Assembly (NCBI GenBank): GCA_041649675.1
Contig: JBAZMQ010000006.1
Coordinates: 7,003-71,002 of the forward strand
Source: Patescibacteria group bacterium
Lineage (GTDB): Bacteria; Patescibacteriota; Patescibacteriia; Buchananbacterales; UBA6539
Direction of reading: 5' to 3'
DNA: 64,000 bases
Part shown: positions 30,107 through 39,568 of the stretch, piece by piece
Position numbering within the stretch: position 1 is the first letter of the stretch
Layout: every line of letters starts with the position of its first letter
Program-made: the position numbers and the translations under genes
Notes under the pieces: generated by a model
The model's database searches: none
What the model was told of the DNA's origin: nothing
The model's input: the letters and a program-made list of their open reading frames with translations, nothing else

Positions 30107-30742
30107 TTAAAGAGGCAGGTACATTTCCTCCAAATGCTGCCAAATAGTTTCTGGCGAGGAATCGACGTTAACGGTGACTTTAACAATAGTTACACTTCTT
30201 TCCCGATAAAAGTTGCTTAGTTTCAGGATTTCTTGGCTAAAAATAGCCAGCCTTTTTTTGACTTCATCCTCTGAGTCATCCTTTCGACCTTTACGATCAC
30301 CACTGGCATTAGTTCTTATTCGCTCAAGAGCAACTGAGTCAGTGCACTGCAAGCAAATAATAAATTTGACATCAACAATTTCTTGCAATTGGGTAGCCTG
30401 GTATAAATTCCGGGGTAAACCATTAAGCACTAAAAGACGATTTGGCCCAACTTTTTGCTCAAGGATAAACCGATCAAGAATTCTTGCAGCAATTAGGAAC
30501 TGGCCATTGGCCAAAAGGGTGCCATCTTTTAATACCTTTCGGATTGCCTGGATTTCAATTGGTTTCAGGTAACTTACTTGATTTTTGGGATCTGCTAGCC
30601 AACGCAAATGTTTGCCAAAGTCAAAATGAGAACACAAACGCTGTTTCAGTTTGTGCGACTCCAGCCAATCACAAAGTGGCGACTTGCCTGAGCCAGTTGG
30701 CCCGACTACCACTATTGCCGGATATTTGTAATGGGTTAACAT
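30107..30742 (-). CDS. adenylate-kinase-family nucleoside monophosphate kinase
   Basis: P-loop GPTGSGKS, NGLPRNLYQA (GFPR-like) and an R-x-DD lid. Start taken at the internal ATG with RBS AAGGAGAG. Confidence 0.6.
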   Translation of the reverse strand: MLTHYKYPAIVVVGPTGSGKSPLCDWLESHKLKQRLCSHFDFGKHLRWLADPKNQVSYLKPIEIQAIRKVLKDGTLLANGQFLIAARILDRFILEQKVGPNRLLVLNGLPRNLYQATQLQEIVDVKFIICLQCTDSVALERIRTNASGDRKGRKDDSEDEVKKRLAIFSQEILKLSNFYRERSVTIVKVTVNVDSSPETIWQHLEEMYLPL

Positions 30743-30920
30743 CTTTCCTCTCTCCTTATTTTCACCCAAATGGGTAACTTCCCTCAAGAAAAAGATCAAA
30801 ACTAAATTTAGATTAACAAGGAATAAAGCTAAAGTCAAACAATATCAGAGGCAAAAAGGTTGAAAAAACCCAGCCATTCTGCTAAACTTAGGAAGTTAAT
30901 TGTTAACTGTTAATTATTAT

Positions 30921-31970
30921 ATGTCATTTTCTATCGGCATTGTCGGTTTACCTAATGTCGGCAAGTCAACCTTATTTAAAGCATTAACTAAAAAACAAGT
31001 TGATGCGGCCAATTACCCTTTTTGTACCATTGACCCAAATGTTGGAGTTGTTGCCGTACCTGACCAGCGCTTAGAACAACTGACCAAGGTTTCCAAATCG
31101 GAAAAAACAATTTACACCACTATTGAATTTGTTGATATCGCCGGCCTGGTTAAAGGCGCGCACAAAGGTGAAGGCTTGGGTAATCAATTTTTGGCCAACA
31201 TTCGCGAGTGCGACGCCATTGTACAAGTTGTTCGCCAATTTTGTGATCCAAACGTTATCCATGTTGATGGTAAAATTGACCCTCAATCAGACAGAGAAAC
31301 TATAAATTTGGAATTAATTTTTGCCGACCTTAAAACTTTACAACAAAGAATTAGCAAAAATGCCAAGGACTTGCATGCTAACTTAAAAGAGGCTAAAGAA
31401 ATTGCCCCAGTTTTAGAAAAACTAAAAACCGGTTTAGACGAAGGCAAGCTCGCTTGCCAAATAATTACTGATTTGCAAGAAAAAGAAATGATTCGCGATT
31501 TACATTTATTAACAATGAAGCCGATGATTTACGTTTTGAATGTTGATGAAGATAAAATTTATCAGGAAACAGATTACATTGCCATTTCGGCTAAAATTGA
31601 ATCCGAGTTAGCCGAACTACCAGCCGAAGATGCCAAGGAATATTTAAAGGAATTAAAATTGGAATCATCCGGCTTGGATAAATTAATTAAAAAATCCTAC
31701 GAAATTTTAGACCTGGTAACTTTTTTAACTTCGGGACCAAAGGAATCGCGGGCTTGGACAATAAAAAAAGGTACCAAAGCCCCGCAGGCAGCCGGCGTTA
31801 TTCATACTGATTTTGAAAAAGGTTTTATTAAAGCCGAAGTGATTAACTGGCAAGAGTTTGTTGCCGCCGGTGGCGAAGGATCGGCTAAAGAAAAAGGCTT
31901 AATTAGAACTGAAGGTAAAGAATATGTTGTTTTGGACGGCGATGTTTGCCATTTCAAAGTCAACGTATAA
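30921..31970 (+). CDS. ychF: ribosome-binding ATPase YchF (Obg-like ATPase)
   Basis: [20 protein letters not shown]1 motif and a C-terminal TGS-type domain. Start chosen at MSFSIG. Confidence 0.85.
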   Translation: MSFSIGIVGLPNVGKSTLFKALTKKQVDAANYPFCTIDPNVGVVAVPDQRLEQLTKVSKSEKTIYTTIEFVDIAGLVKGAHKGEGLGNQFLANIRECDAIVQVVRQFCDPNVIHVDGKIDPQSDRETINLELIFADLKTLQQRISKNAKDLHANLKEAKEIAPVLEKLKTGLDEGKLACQIITDLQEKEMIRDLHLLTMKPMIYVLNVDEDKIYQETDYIAISAKIESELAELPAEDAKEYLKELKLESSGLDKLIKKSYEILDLVTFLTSGPKESRAWTIKKGTKAPQAAGVIHTDFEKGFIKAEVINWQEFVAAGGEGSAKEKGLIRTEGKEYVVLDGDVCHFKVNV

Positions 31971-32181
31971 AATAATAAATTTGGCCTCAGTAAAAAGGTA
32001 AAGGCATATCTTCTGCCTTTTTTATTATATTTATTTATAAACATCCAAAAAGTTGACATTTTATTAAAAATATATCAAGATATCAGGAGTTTAGCCTAAA
32101 ACCTAAAATCTTAGGTTAATAAATAATATTGATGGTTCGTTAACAACAAGCAAAAAGCTTGATTAGGAAGGAGAAAGCAGT

Positions 32182-34029
32182 ATGAATACAGATAACGGGT
32201 TGAAATCAAACTCTGAGGAAGCCAAACGATTTTCCGAAAAACTCAAGGCCCTTGGGCTACCGGTTCTTCCCATGGAAGACTCGTTTTTGAACATGGAACA
32301 CCTTCTTCGGACTATTGAAGAAGGCTGGCAAGATTGTTTGGCCGCAATGGAAAAGGATAACTTTGCGACGATGATGGCTCGTGGCTTACTGCCACTACTA
32401 GCCAATGAAAAAGGTGTCAGCCTGATTGGCATTAGCAGCCGGACGGACAATGGTCAGCCATACCCTGATGTCGAAGTGCTCTTTGATATGATCTCAGAAT
32501 ACTTCCGGTTTGCCAATATGAGTTGGCAAGACCCTCCCCGCCAATTTATGGTCATCCCAAACGATACTTTCCAGAAAATCATCAAAAATCATCTACTGAC
32601 CGACCAACAACAACGAATCAAATACCTGGTCGGAATTAACGAAGACATGTCAACGATTGAAACCTTCCTGGCGATAGTCTTAAAGGCAATTGAGTTGAAA
32701 GCCTCGGATATCCATATTGAGTTTGACGATGGCTTGCCAGTACCAGAATCATGGCAAGCGAAACTCAGCGGTCGGGCCAGCCAAACCAATGCCGGCCGAA
32801 TTCGGTTCCGGATAGACGGCAAACTGCAGGACGGAAATTATGTTTTGCCAAAAGAGTTGCTCAACCATCTGGTTGGCACGATAATGAATTTGGCCAGCGG
32901 CATAAATCCGATTGAACACCGCTTACCCCAAGACGGCAAAATCAGTTTTAGCAATCAAGTCCTTGAGGATAACCCTCAGTTGTTACCTGATCGAAAGATA
33001 CTGGAAGAGTATGAGTTACGTATAGCAATAATGCCGCCGGCTGATGGCGGGTTAAACGTGACTATAAGATTGCTTAAAAGTCATGGTGCAATCAAACCTT
33101 TAGGTGACCTTATTCCCTATCCTAGAATCATGGAACGGTTTACGACTTTAATTGAGGAATCTCAAGGCTTGGTTATTCTCTGCGGCCCGACTGGCTGCGG
33201 CAAAACCACAACGCTTTATGCGGCGCTAAACCTGATCAATGATCCGGACGTAAAAGTTCTTACGTTAGAAAATCCCCGAGAAATAAGATTACCGGGTGCT
33301 ACCCAGATAGAAATAAATGACAAAATTGGCAGAACATTTCCCGTTTGTCTAAGAGCTGCTCTCCGCTGCGATCCGGATATAATCCTGGTTGGTGAAATCC
33401 GTGATCCGGAAACCGCCCAAATAGCGGCTAGCGCGGCTGAAACTGGCCATTTGGTTTTTACCACGCTGCATACCGAGGGCAGCACAGAAGCAATTGTCCG
33501 GCTGCAAAGCCTGGGAGTGCATGCAGCAACAATTTCGGGTAGTATTCAAGCTATCTTATCCCAAAGACTGGTGCGCCACGTTTGTCCTAAATGCAGTACG
33601 CCAGTTGAAAGCAACGAATTATTAAAGGAGCTACTGGGCAAAAGAGCGCCGCTGCTAGGCTGGCCAATTTACTTTAGGCAAGCCAACCCTGAAGGGTGCC
33701 CTGAATGCAAGAGAGGCTATCTGTCCAGAGTCGTGATACCGGAATGGCTTGTATTTACAACAAAAATCAAGGATTTCATTTCTGCCGGCAAGGCCGGAGA
33801 TACTTCTGAGTTGCGCAAGTTGGCAATTGAAGAAGGTCTTAGACCTCTTGCCGTAGAGGCAATTTTGGCCGCCGCTTATGGCAAAACCACTATCCAGGAA
33901 ATCCTTAGCGAAGCTGTTACCAGTGAACAATTAACACGCTGTGGCGTCTTGGCCCATCACGCGCTTGAATCTTACAAAGAACAGATTCAAGCCTTTCAGC
34001 AACAGCACTTTCTTGGAGGGAGTAATTAA
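32182..34029 (+). CDS. type II/IV secretion (GspE/PilB-family) ATPase with long N-terminal extension
   Basis: Walker A GPTGCGKTT. ILVGEIRD Asp box. A C-terminal CxxC-x-CxxC tetracysteine. Confidence 0.75.
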   Translation: MNTDNGLKSNSEEAKRFSEKLKALGLPVLPMEDSFLNMEHLLRTIEEGWQDCLAAMEKDNFATMMARGLLPLLANEKGVSLIGISSRTDNGQPYPDVEVLFDMISEYFRFANMSWQDPPRQFMVIPNDTFQKIIKNHLLTDQQQRIKYLVGINEDMSTIETFLAIVLKAIELKASDIHIEFDDGLPVPESWQAKLSGRASQTNAGRIRFRIDGKLQDGNYVLPKELLNHLVGTIMNLASGINPIEHRLPQDGKISFSNQVLEDNPQLLPDRKILEEYELRIAIMPPADGGLNVTIRLLKSHGAIKPLGDLIPYPRIMERFTTLIEESQGLVILCGPTGCGKTTTLYAALNLINDPDVKVLTLENPREIRLPGATQIEINDKIGRTFPVCLRAALRCDPDIILVGEIRDPETAQIAASAAETGHLVFTTLHTEGSTEAIVRLQSLGVHAATISGSIQAILSQRLVRHVCPKCSTPVESNELLKELLGKRAPLLGWPIYFRQANPEGCPECKRGYLSRVVIPEWLVFTTKIKDFISAGKAGDTSELRKLAIEEGLRPLAVEAILAAAYGKTTIQEILSEAVTSEQLTRCGVLAHHALESYKEQIQAFQQQHFLGGSN

Positions 34030-34051
34030 CTTTCCAAAAATTTAAAAAACA

Positions 34052-34098
34052 CTCCGTTTGCGTTTTTACGCCAGCGGAGTCATTTTTTTTAATTTAGT
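34052..34098. terminator. bidirectional terminator between convergent genes
   Basis: ACTCCG-loop-CGGAGT flanked by A-run and T-run. Confidence 0.55.
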
Positions 34099-34105
34099 AA
34101 CTTAG

Positions 34106-35206
34106 TTATCTTTGAAAAATATAGATTTGCCGCCAGACTTTTTGGCCTTCACGGCTATAAATTAGCCTGTCTTTATTAACCTGAGTAAAACCTAACTTTT
34201 TGACTCTGGGTAAAACTGGCAACTCAATTACCTCTTTGCCAATTCGAAAAGCCGGAAAAACAATGACAATCCGACTGCCGGGGTTTAGAATTTTTAGAAA
34301 CTCAAAAAAGGCCGCATCATAAAGCTCAGCTAACTCATAAACAATTCTTTCAATTTCAGAAATTGTTTCTTTGCCTCTCAAAGCCGGACCTAGATATGGT
34401 TCAGTGACAATCGCATCAACTTGATTGACAAACTTTGAAACTTGTTTTACGTCGGATTGTAAAATTTTAAAATCAGAATCTCTAATTACTGTCTTGGAAT
34501 TACCTTTAAGCCAGTCCAAATTCTTTTTAGTATCGCTGATTGCTTTTTGGGAAATATCACTGCCAATTGCCTTATAGCCAAGCAACAAGGCTTCCTGCAA
34601 AACTGTGCCGGAACCACAAAATGGATCCAAGATAGTTTCGCCTTTTGGTAGCTGGGCTAAATTAATCATAATTTTTGCCAGCTTGGGCGGCATGCTGCCA
34701 GAAATCATATCGCGAACCGGCCGGCCATAATCACGATTGCCGTAATCTTCAAAATCTTGAACCACACAAGTTTGGCCCAGCCATTTTTTACCTAAGACTA
34801 AAAATTCGTGGCATTTATTCTTTTTTACCACCACTGAAGATAAGGCTTTGTCTTTGCTAACCACCAAGCGGCAACTCACTCCCGAATCTTTTAGTTCTTT
34901 TTTTACCATCATCCCCAAATTATTAGGCTGGCTATCATAATAACTAACGGCAAAATTCAACTTACTTTCGCTTTTAATCTGTTTTAATTTTTCAACCGTA
35001 ACCTTTTTGCTAATCTGATTGCCAATAATTGTTCCAATTTTAATCGTTCCGCCCAGCTGGTTTAAAATTTGAGCGCAATCAAATTCTTCATTTTCAACAA
35101 TTAGAAAAGAACTGGTCTCTTCAATAATTTTTGCCTGCGGTAATACCGCTAAAATTTCGGCCACAGAAAGCTTGAAATTCCTACCTAAAATAAAAACATA
35201 TTGCAT
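34106..35206 (-). CDS. THUMP-like N-terminal domain + class I SAM-dependent RNA methyltransferase
   Basis: DPFCGSGT motif I. N6/N2-type methyltransferase layout. Confidence 0.6.
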   Translation of the reverse strand: MQYVFILGRNFKLSVAEILAVLPQAKIIEETSSFLIVENEEFDCAQILNQLGGTIKIGTIIGNQISKKVTVEKLKQIKSESKLNFAVSYYDSQPNNLGMMVKKELKDSGVSCRLVVSKDKALSSVVVKKNKCHEFLVLGKKWLGQTCVVQDFEDYGNRDYGRPVRDMISGSMPPKLAKIMINLAQLPKGETILDPFCGSGTVLQEALLLGYKAIGSDISQKAISDTKKNLDWLKGNSKTVIRDSDFKILQSDVKQVSKFVNQVDAIVTEPYLGPALRGKETISEIERIVYELAELYDAAFFEFLKILNPGSRIVIVFPAFRIGKEVIELPVLPRVKKLGFTQVNKDRLIYSREGQKVWRQIYIFQR

Positions 35207-35290
35207 ATAAATCCATTATAGCACAAAAAGAAAACCCCGCCTAAGCGGGGCTTTCTTAAACTTTCGTCCTAAAACATTTTAAATATTATT

Positions 35291-35464
35291 TTAAAAGTGT
35301 CTTTTTGGTCGATCGCTTTTTCTCTGCCGATGACAATCCCGGCAAAAGATTGGCCTGGTGCCGTCTGGTTCAAATGGCAATTCAGTAATTGCCGCACCAC
35401 ATTGGGAACAGGTCCAATTGCCTTGGTACATTTGTCTTGGACCAAAGCTGCTTTGTCTATCCAT
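35291..35464 (-). CDS. small zinc-ribbon protein (57 aa, CxxC-x17-CxxC), not in the supplied ORF track
   Basis: Manual translation MDRQSSFGPRQMYQGNWTCSQCGAAITELPFEPDGTRPIFCRDCHRQRKSDRPKRHF. AAAGG lies 8 nt upstream of the ATG. Confidence 0.35.
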   Translation of the reverse strand: MDRQSSFGPRQMYQGNWTCSQCGAAITELPFEPDGTRPIFCRDCHRQRKSDRPKRHF

Positions 35465-35568
35465 TTAATTACCTTTAGTTTTGCTACTTAATTTTGAAAA
35501 ATCAGTTTGGCAAAACTCTTAATAATAACTTATCTCAGTTTAGCATATAAAGACTTTTTTGTCAACCC

Positions 35569-35597
35569 TTGACGATTCTACTACCTTATGATAAACT
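35569..35597 (+). promoter_or_regulatory. candidate promoter TTGACG-17-TAAACT for the rpsF operon, followed by a ~240-nt structured leader
   Basis: Hexamers read from the sequence. The leader contains the perfect hairpin CCTTATCAT-TTAAT-ATGATAAGG. Confidence 0.35.
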
Positions 35598-35846
35598 ATT
35601 TTTACCCTGCAAAACGTGGTAAATTTAACAATTTAACCTTTTCCCGCCCTGCAATAAACTAGGGCATTAACCTTATCATTTAATATGATAAGGAAAGGTG
35701 TTTTTTCCTGGCTAATAGAAGCCTGGTTGACGTAGCGCGCAAAACATCTTTGGGCGTTTTTAATTTAAAGTTAAGAATCAGAAGTAATGAATTGTGGAAA
35801 TGAATGGCAGTCACGATTCCTAATTTCTAATTCCTAATTTCTAGCT

Positions 35847-36302
35847 ATGACCAACCATTACGAATTGCTTTATTTAGTTGGCGCTAATTATACCGAAGAG
35901 GAACTGGCACCAATCAAAGAAAAAGTAAAAGAACTAATCAAAAAATTCGGCGGCGAAATTACAGCCGAAGATAGTTTTGGTAAGAAAAAATTGGCTTATC
36001 CTATCAAAAAGAATTATCAAGGCTATTATCTGCTTTATGAATTCAATTTAGATGGGCAAAATTTAAAAGACCTGACCAAAAATTTAAAACTGACCAACGA
36101 AGTCTTAAGACATATTATTGCCAAGAAAAAAATCAAGACTGCCAACGAAATCAAAGCAATTGAAGAAAGGGCGAAAAAAATGAAAGCCGCGGAAACCGCT
36201 TCGGAAGTTAAGGTTGAAAAGAAGGCTAAAGATGAAGGTAAAATCAAATTGGAAGATTTGGACCAAAAACTTGATGAAATTTTAGAGGGTGATATAATGT
36301 AA
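35847..36302 (+). CDS. rpsF: 30S ribosomal protein S6
   Basis: N-terminal YELLYLV S6 core and an acidic/Lys-rich C-terminal tail. Confidence 0.9.
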   Translation: MTNHYELLYLVGANYTEEELAPIKEKVKELIKKFGGEITAEDSFGKKKLAYPIKKNYQGYYLLYEFNLDGQNLKDLTKNLKLTNEVLRHIIAKKKIKTANEIKAIEERAKKMKAAETASEVKVEKKAKDEGKIKLEDLDQKLDEILEGDIM

Positions 36303-36365
36303 AACTGATTCCAACACCTTTAAATACAATCAACATAGAGCAGTTTAACTAATAAATCCAAAAAT

Positions 36366-36800
36366 ATGAATCTAAACAAGGCCATGATTATTGGCAATTT
36401 AACCCGGGAACCAGAGACCAGAACTACTCCTTCTGGCCAATCAGTGACAACCTTTGCTGTTGCGACTAATTTAATCTGGACCGATGCCAGTGGTAATAAA
36501 CAAAAAAAGGCTGAATATCATAATATTGTTGCCTGGAGAAAATTGGGCGAAATCTGCGCTCAATACCTTCATAAGGGAGACAAAGTTTATATTGAAGGCC
36601 GCTTACAAACCCGCGACTGGGAAGGACAAGACGGGGTCAAACGTTACCGAACTGAAATTATTGCCGAGAACATGATTATGCTGGGCACTAAAGGCGCTGC
36701 CACCGCTCCAAGCAGCAGCCCAGCTTCAGTTGATGAATTTTCCCAACCAGAAGCAGCCGCTGGAGTTGAAGAAATTCAAATTGAAGATATTCCATTTTAA
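36366..36800 (+). CDS. ssb: single-stranded DNA-binding protein
   Basis: OB-fold N-terminus and a C-terminal DIPF tip. Confidence 0.9.
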   Translation: MNLNKAMIIGNLTREPETRTTPSGQSVTTFAVATNLIWTDASGNKQKKAEYHNIVAWRKLGEICAQYLHKGDKVYIEGRLQTRDWEGQDGVKRYRTEIIAENMIMLGTKGAATAPSSSPASVDEFSQPEAAAGVEEIQIEDIPF

Positions 36801-36881
36801 CTTAAACCAATACCTACTCTCCTGCTCTCGGCCAGTTTTGGCCGAGAGCAGAAAAAATACCGACTAAATTAATTAATCAAT

Positions 36882-37118
36882 ATGACTATTATCAAAAAAG
36901 ATACCACCCTAGCTAAGCCAAAAAATTGTCATTTCTGCCAAAATAACATCCATGAGATTGACTACAAAGACAGTCAAACTTTACGGCGATTTATTTCTTC
37001 TTATGCCAAAATTGTTCCCCGCAAAAGAAGCGGCGTTTGTTCCAAGCATCAAAGAAAATTAGCCTTGGCTATCAAGCGAGCTAGAATTATGGCAATTTTA
37101 CCATTCACTAATAAATAG
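36882..37118 (+). CDS. rpsR: 30S ribosomal protein S18
   Basis: S18 family pattern within the rpsF-ssb-rpsR arrangement. Confidence 0.9.
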   Translation: MTIIKKDTTLAKPKNCHFCQNNIHEIDYKDSQTLRRFISSYAKIVPRKRSGVCSKHQRKLALAIKRARIMAILPFTNK

Positions 37119-37122
37119 AACT

Positions 37123-37698
37123 ATGCCTTTTTTAAATACTTTAAACGACATTAAACAGGGTTTGACTATTATCTATAATGGCGAACCATACAAAGTAGCG
37201 GAGGCCAACTTTGTTCGGATGCAACAAAGAAAACCGGTGATGCAAACTAAATTAAAAAATTTAATCACAGGCAAAGTTTTAGAATACAATTTTAAACCGG
37301 GCGAAAAAATTGAAACCGGCGAAATGACTTATAAAAAAGTAAACTTTTTGTATGCCGCTGGTGATGAATATGCTTTTATGGATAACGAAAGCTATGAACA
37401 ATTTTCTTTTACCAAAAATCAACTGGGTGATCAAACCAAATATTTAAAAGAGGGTGCTGAAGTTAAATTAATTTGCTTTGATGACAAAGCCATTAATATT
37501 GAGCTGCCGCCCAAGATGGATTTTAAAGTTGTCTCAACACCGGATGCGATTAAAGGCAATACCGCTTCCGGCCGGGTTTTAAAAACTGCCGAAATAGAAA
37601 CTGGTTCTGAAGTCTCTGTACCCTTATTTGTTAAACAAGGCGATATTGTCAGAATTAATACAGAAACCGGCGATTACGTTGAACGGGTAAGCCAATAA
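37123..37698 (+). CDS. efp: elongation factor P
   Basis: 191 aa with the EF-P KOW/OB architecture. Confidence 0.85.
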   Translation: MPFLNTLNDIKQGLTIIYNGEPYKVAEANFVRMQQRKPVMQTKLKNLITGKVLEYNFKPGEKIETGEMTYKKVNFLYAAGDEYAFMDNESYEQFSFTKNQLGDQTKYLKEGAEVKLICFDDKAINIELPPKMDFKVVSTPDAIKGNTASGRVLKTAEIETGSEVSVPLFVKQGDIVRINTETGDYVERVSQ

Positions 37699-37721
37699 TT
37701 TTTTTCTAAACATAAAAACCG

Positions 37722-37750
37722 TAGAAGCGACCGCCTCTACGGTTTTTTAT
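37722..37750. terminator. bidirectional intrinsic terminator (efp / recA convergent)
   Basis: AAAAACCGTAGAAGCGACCGCCTCTACGGTTTTTTAT. Confidence 0.75.
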
Positions 37751-37761
37751 TATATTTTTGG

Positions 37762-38811
37762 TTATTCTTCTTTTTTTTCTGGTACTTCACCGGCTTTAAA
37801 TTTCTGCCAAACCTGCTTTTTTATTTCCGCTATCAACTTAGGATTTTCGCGCAAAAATTGTTTGGCATTTTCCCGGCCCACGCCTAATTTATTTTCACCA
37901 AAGGCAAAAGTATTACCGGATTTTGTTACTACGCCATAAACTACTCCCGTATCCAAAACGTCACCGGAAATGGAAATTCCTTCATTATACATGATATCAA
38001 ATTCACAAGTTTGAAATGGTGGGGCGACTTTATTTTTGACAACCTTACATTTAACCCGGTTACCAATCATTTTTTCGCCTTGCTTAATTTGGGCCGCTCG
38101 CCTTACTTCAATTCTAACCGAGGAATAAAATTTCAAAGCGGTACCGCCGGTGGTAGTTTCGGGATTACCAAAAAAGATACCAATCCGCTGACGGGTTTGA
38201 TTAATAAAGATAACCATGGTGTTAGTCTTGGAAATTATGCCAGCTAATTTTCTTAAAGCCTGGCTCATTAAGCGCGCCTGCAAACCCATATGAGAATCAC
38301 CCATCTCACCTTCAATTTCCGCTTTTGGCGTCAAGGCAGCAACCGAATCAACAACGACCACGTCAACACCGTTTGACCGAACTAAAGTTTCAACAATTTC
38401 TAAAGCCTGCTCGCCGGTATCTGGCTGTGAAATCAATAAATCTTTAATGTTCACACCAATCTTTTTAGCATACTCCGGATCCAAGGCATGCTCAGCATCA
38501 ACAAAAGCTGCGATTCCACCGGCTTTTTGAACTTCAGCGACAATATGTTGAGCCAAAGTCGTTTTACCAGAAGCTTCCGGGCCATAGACTTCAATAATCC
38601 GGCCGCGCGGGACACCACCAACACCTAAGGCAATGTCAAGCGATAAACAGCCAGTAGAGATTGCTTCAACTTCCATTCTTTTGGCTTCGCCTAATTTCAT
38701 GATTGAACCATCGCCAAATCTTTCTTTAATTTGTTCAATTGCCTGCTGAGCCGCTGCCAGCCGGTCAGATATTTGTGAAGCGCCAGTTGATTTGTTTTCT
38801 TTTTTTGCCAT
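37762..38811 (-). CDS. recA: recombinase A
   Basis: GPEASGKTT Walker A. Strong RecA identity throughout. Confidence 0.95.
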   Translation of the reverse strand: MAKKENKSTGASQISDRLAAAQQAIEQIKERFGDGSIMKLGEAKRMEVEAISTGCLSLDIALGVGGVPRGRIIEVYGPEASGKTTLAQHIVAEVQKAGGIAAFVDAEHALDPEYAKKIGVNIKDLLISQPDTGEQALEIVETLVRSNGVDVVVVDSVAALTPKAEIEGEMGDSHMGLQARLMSQALRKLAGIISKTNTMVIFINQTRQRIGIFFGNPETTTGGTALKFYSSVRIEVRRAAQIKQGEKMIGNRVKCKVVKNKVAPPFQTCEFDIMYNEGISISGDVLDTGVVYGVVTKSGNTFAFGENKLGVGRENAKQFLRENPKLIAEIKKQVWQKFKAGEVPEKKEE

Positions 38812-38858
38812 AAAACTATTTTAATTATCCCGCAAACCGGGCCCCTCAAAGAGGGATT

Positions 38859-39554
38859 TTAATTATTATTTTCTTTATTAACGACAACTTGCCGATAAAT
38901 TTTAGTTTGGGTACCGTGTCTTTTCTCGGCCCTGATTTCAATAACGTTAGTTCCACTTTGCAAATCAATGGTTTCGGAAAAATTACCGTTCTGGTCAACC
39001 AAGACTTGCTGGCCATTTACCTCCAAGGTTGCCTCTTTTTCAACCTGGCCAACGACTGCGATAAAATTTTGATCAGTGACTAAATTATCAACTGGACTAA
39101 TTACGGTTAAGGCCGGTGGCGTCACAATCATTTTAATCTTAATTCCCAAATAAGTCAGACAAGCTAAAGCCAATAAGCCAATAATAATTCCCCGAACTAA
39201 GCGAGGGGTAACAATCAAATGCAAACGGGAAATACGTTCAACCGGTTTTTTAAAATCATTAGCACCACTATTTTTGGTTTTGGCATAAACTTTTTGTTCA
39301 CTTTCATAAAGCGAGCCAAGCTCATCAAAATCCAAACCTAAAAATTTCGTATAAACTTTTAAAAAACTTTTGGCATAAACTTCACCGGGTAAATCCTGAT
39401 ATTGCCCGGTTTCTAAAGCCTGCAAATATTTAACGGAAATATTTATTTCCCTGGCGGCCTGACTTAAATCAATACCTAACTTTTGCCGAACCGTTTTTAG
39501 TTGTTCTCCCAGCCTTGGTGGATTAGAAATTTCTTTAAAACTAAAACTAGCCAT
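38859..39554 (-). CDS. RodZ-like XRE-family HTH membrane protein
   Basis: N-terminal HTH, a central TM helix and a C-terminal beta-rich domain. Confidence 0.55.
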   Translation of the reverse strand: MASFSFKEISNPPRLGEQLKTVRQKLGIDLSQAAREINISVKYLQALETGQYQDLPGEVYAKSFLKVYTKFLGLDFDELGSLYESEQKVYAKTKNSGANDFKKPVERISRLHLIVTPRLVRGIIIGLLALACLTYLGIKIKMIVTPPALTVISPVDNLVTDQNFIAVVGQVEKEATLEVNGQQVLVDQNGNFSETIDLQSGTNVIEIRAEKRHGTQTKIYRQVVVNKENNN

Positions 39555-39568
39555 AAGTTTAACAACCT

